Below, piece by piece: positions 62,093-64,000 of a stretch of 64,000 nt of DNA. Position 1 is the stretch's first letter. Each line of letters starts with the position of its first letter. The stretch is from Squalus acanthias (Eukaryota). Under the pieces are notes generated by a model. That model ran no database searches. It was given only the letters and a program-made list of their open reading frames with translations, and had not been told where the DNA came from. The position numbers were made by a program, and so were the translations under genes. The stretch is taken from positions 310,001-374,000 of the forward strand of contig JASTWF010000036.1 of NCBI GenBank assembly GCA_030390025.1, written 5' to 3'.

Positions 62093-62554
62093 ATTCCATT
62101 CAAATTGCTTCGGCAAATTTATAAATGGTGACTCCCTGCGTAAACTGGTCACGCTGTAATTACAGCCCTCCCAACAGTGGTGGCGCAGTGGCGCCTCAGT
62201 TTGGCAGCTCCCAGCTCCTCACGGGAAATCTCCAACATTGCAGCCAAATTTACTTCTCTGCCTCCTAAACCGCCCTATGTTTTGCTATTCAACTAAAAAA
62301 AAAATCAAAGTTAAAGCATTGTATGATCAAAATAACCATGTATGACTTTAAACGTTACCCTGACGAGCCCTGCTCCAATGATTCCCCGTCGACTAACCCC
62401 AGTGCAAGGCCACAAGTGATCAACTAATAGATTACAAAAAATCTTGCATAAGGCACACGCGCCTTATGTTCACAAATCTTACTGCCTGTTACCATGGTGT
62501 TTGGGCAGCACTGTCAATTGCTATGTCAACATTCTCCATTCAATTTCCTTAGGA

Positions 62555-63468
62555 GTCAACCTTGGCTCATTGGTAGCACGCTGCCCCCGAGTCAGGAGTT
62601 CAAGTCCCACTCCAGAGGCTTAAGCACATAATCTAGGCTGACGCTCCCAGTGCAGTACTGAGGGAGCGGCGGCACAGAGAGAGCGCGGCACTGTCGGAGG
62701 GGCGGGGCGGCACAGAGAGAGCGCGGCACTGTCGGAGGGGCGGGGCGGCACAGAGAGAGCGCCGCACTGTCGGAGGGGCGGTACTGAGGGAGCGCCGCAC
62801 TGTCGGAGGGGCAGTACTGAGGGAGCGCCGCACTGTCGGAGGGGCGGTACTGAGGGAGCGCCGCACTGTCGGAGGGGCAGTACTGAGGGAGCGCCGCACT
62901 GTCGGAGGGGCGGTACTGAGGGAGGGCCGCACTGTCGGAGGGGCAGTACTGAGGGAGCGCCGCACTGTCGGAGGGGCAGTACTGAGGGAGCGCCGCACTG
63001 TCGGAGGGGCGGTACTGAGGGAGCGCCGCACTGTCGGAGGGGCAGTGCTGAGGGAGTGCCGCACTGTCGGAGGGGCGGTACTGAGGGAGCGCCGCACTGT
63101 CGGAGGGGCGGTACTGAGGGAGCGCCGCACTGTCGGAGGGGCGGTACTGAGGGAGCGCCGCACTGTCGGAGGTGCCATCTTTCAGATGAGATGTGAAAGA
63201 TCCCACGGCCACTACTGAAAGTAGAGCCGGGGGGGGGGAGTTCTCCCCGGTGTCCTGACCCAACATTTAACCCTTAACCAACATCACTAAACCAGATGAC
63301 CTGCTCATTCTCACATTGCTGTTTGTGGGAGCTTGCTGTGCGCAAATTGGCTGCCGCGTTTCCTACATTACAAGTGACTACACTTGAAAAAGGACTTCAT
63401 TGGCTGTGAAGCGCTTTGGGACGCCCGGAGGTGGTGAAAGGCGCTGGAGAAATGCGAGTCTTTCTTTC
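62555..63468 (+). mobile_element. Near full-length DeuSINE with 33 bp array (~62652-63172)
   Basis: tggctcattgg A box, gttcaagtcc B box, cccagtgcagtactgaggg, array, body and tail. Confidence 0.9.
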
Positions 63469-63694
63469 ACATGTAGTATCAGGCACCTGGTGGCTGAGAA
63501 GTGAGTTTCTAAAATCTTTCTCCCAACTCTATCGCCACCTTGCACAAATAAAAAAAAACACTTGCATTCATCAACTGATGGTGCCGCAGAAACGGATTTA
63601 CTGGCAATATATTACTGCAACCGCACAAATTAATTTCTGGCAAATTTTCGAAACAGTTGGAGATCAAGTCGGAAATTTTCTATCCGAGAACTGT

Positions 63695-64000
63695 TTAGAT
63701 GAGGGGAACCAAATGTAATATATCCAAGTTTGCTGATGATGCAAAGCTGGGCGGGAATGTAAGTTGTGAGGAGGATGCAAGGAGGCTTCAAGGGGAGATA
63801 GACAGGCTAAGTGAGTGGGCAAGAATATGGCAAATGGAATATAATGTGGAGAAATGTGAAGTTATCCACTTTGGTCAGAAAAATAGAAAAGCAGAGTATT
63901 TATTAAATGGTGCGAGATTGGAAAATGTTGGTGCTCATGGGGACCTGGGTGTCCTTGTACACGAAATCGCTGAAAGTTAACATACAGGTACAGCAAGCAA
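63695..64000 (+). mobile_element. CR1-like RT fragment (runs off the window)
   Basis: TKCNISKFADDAKLGG...WQMEYNVEKCEVIHFG. Confidence 0.9.

Overview
Eukaryotic, repeat-dense vertebrate DNA. The repeat families (HE1-like V-SINE, SacSINE1-like DeuSINE, HER1/CR1-like LINEs) point to a shark or other cartilaginous fish. The only host coding sequence I can support is four minus-strand exons of LRP1, equivalent to human exons 3-6: 60310-60447, 25865-25984, 23557-23685 and 21879-22142, all AG/GT-bounded and phase 1. The rest is intron filled with fragments of CR1, L2-like, RTE and Penelope-like retroelements and SINEs. The most striking pattern is that four different retroelement families have each repeatedly expanded one fixed internal segment into a minisatellite (33, 36-38, 43-45 and 51 bp units). 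Unexpanded, two-unit and long-array states coexist in the window. The Penelope-like elements carry minimal hammerhead-ribozyme motifs; one forms a ~690 bp palindrome flanked by a 14 bp target-site duplication (TSD). A 500-N gap is flanked by a ~1.8 kb probable false duplication. Nearly all long ORFs in the track are repeat artefacts. Repeat boundaries were read by eye and are approximate; family names are from recalled consensus features, not database searches.
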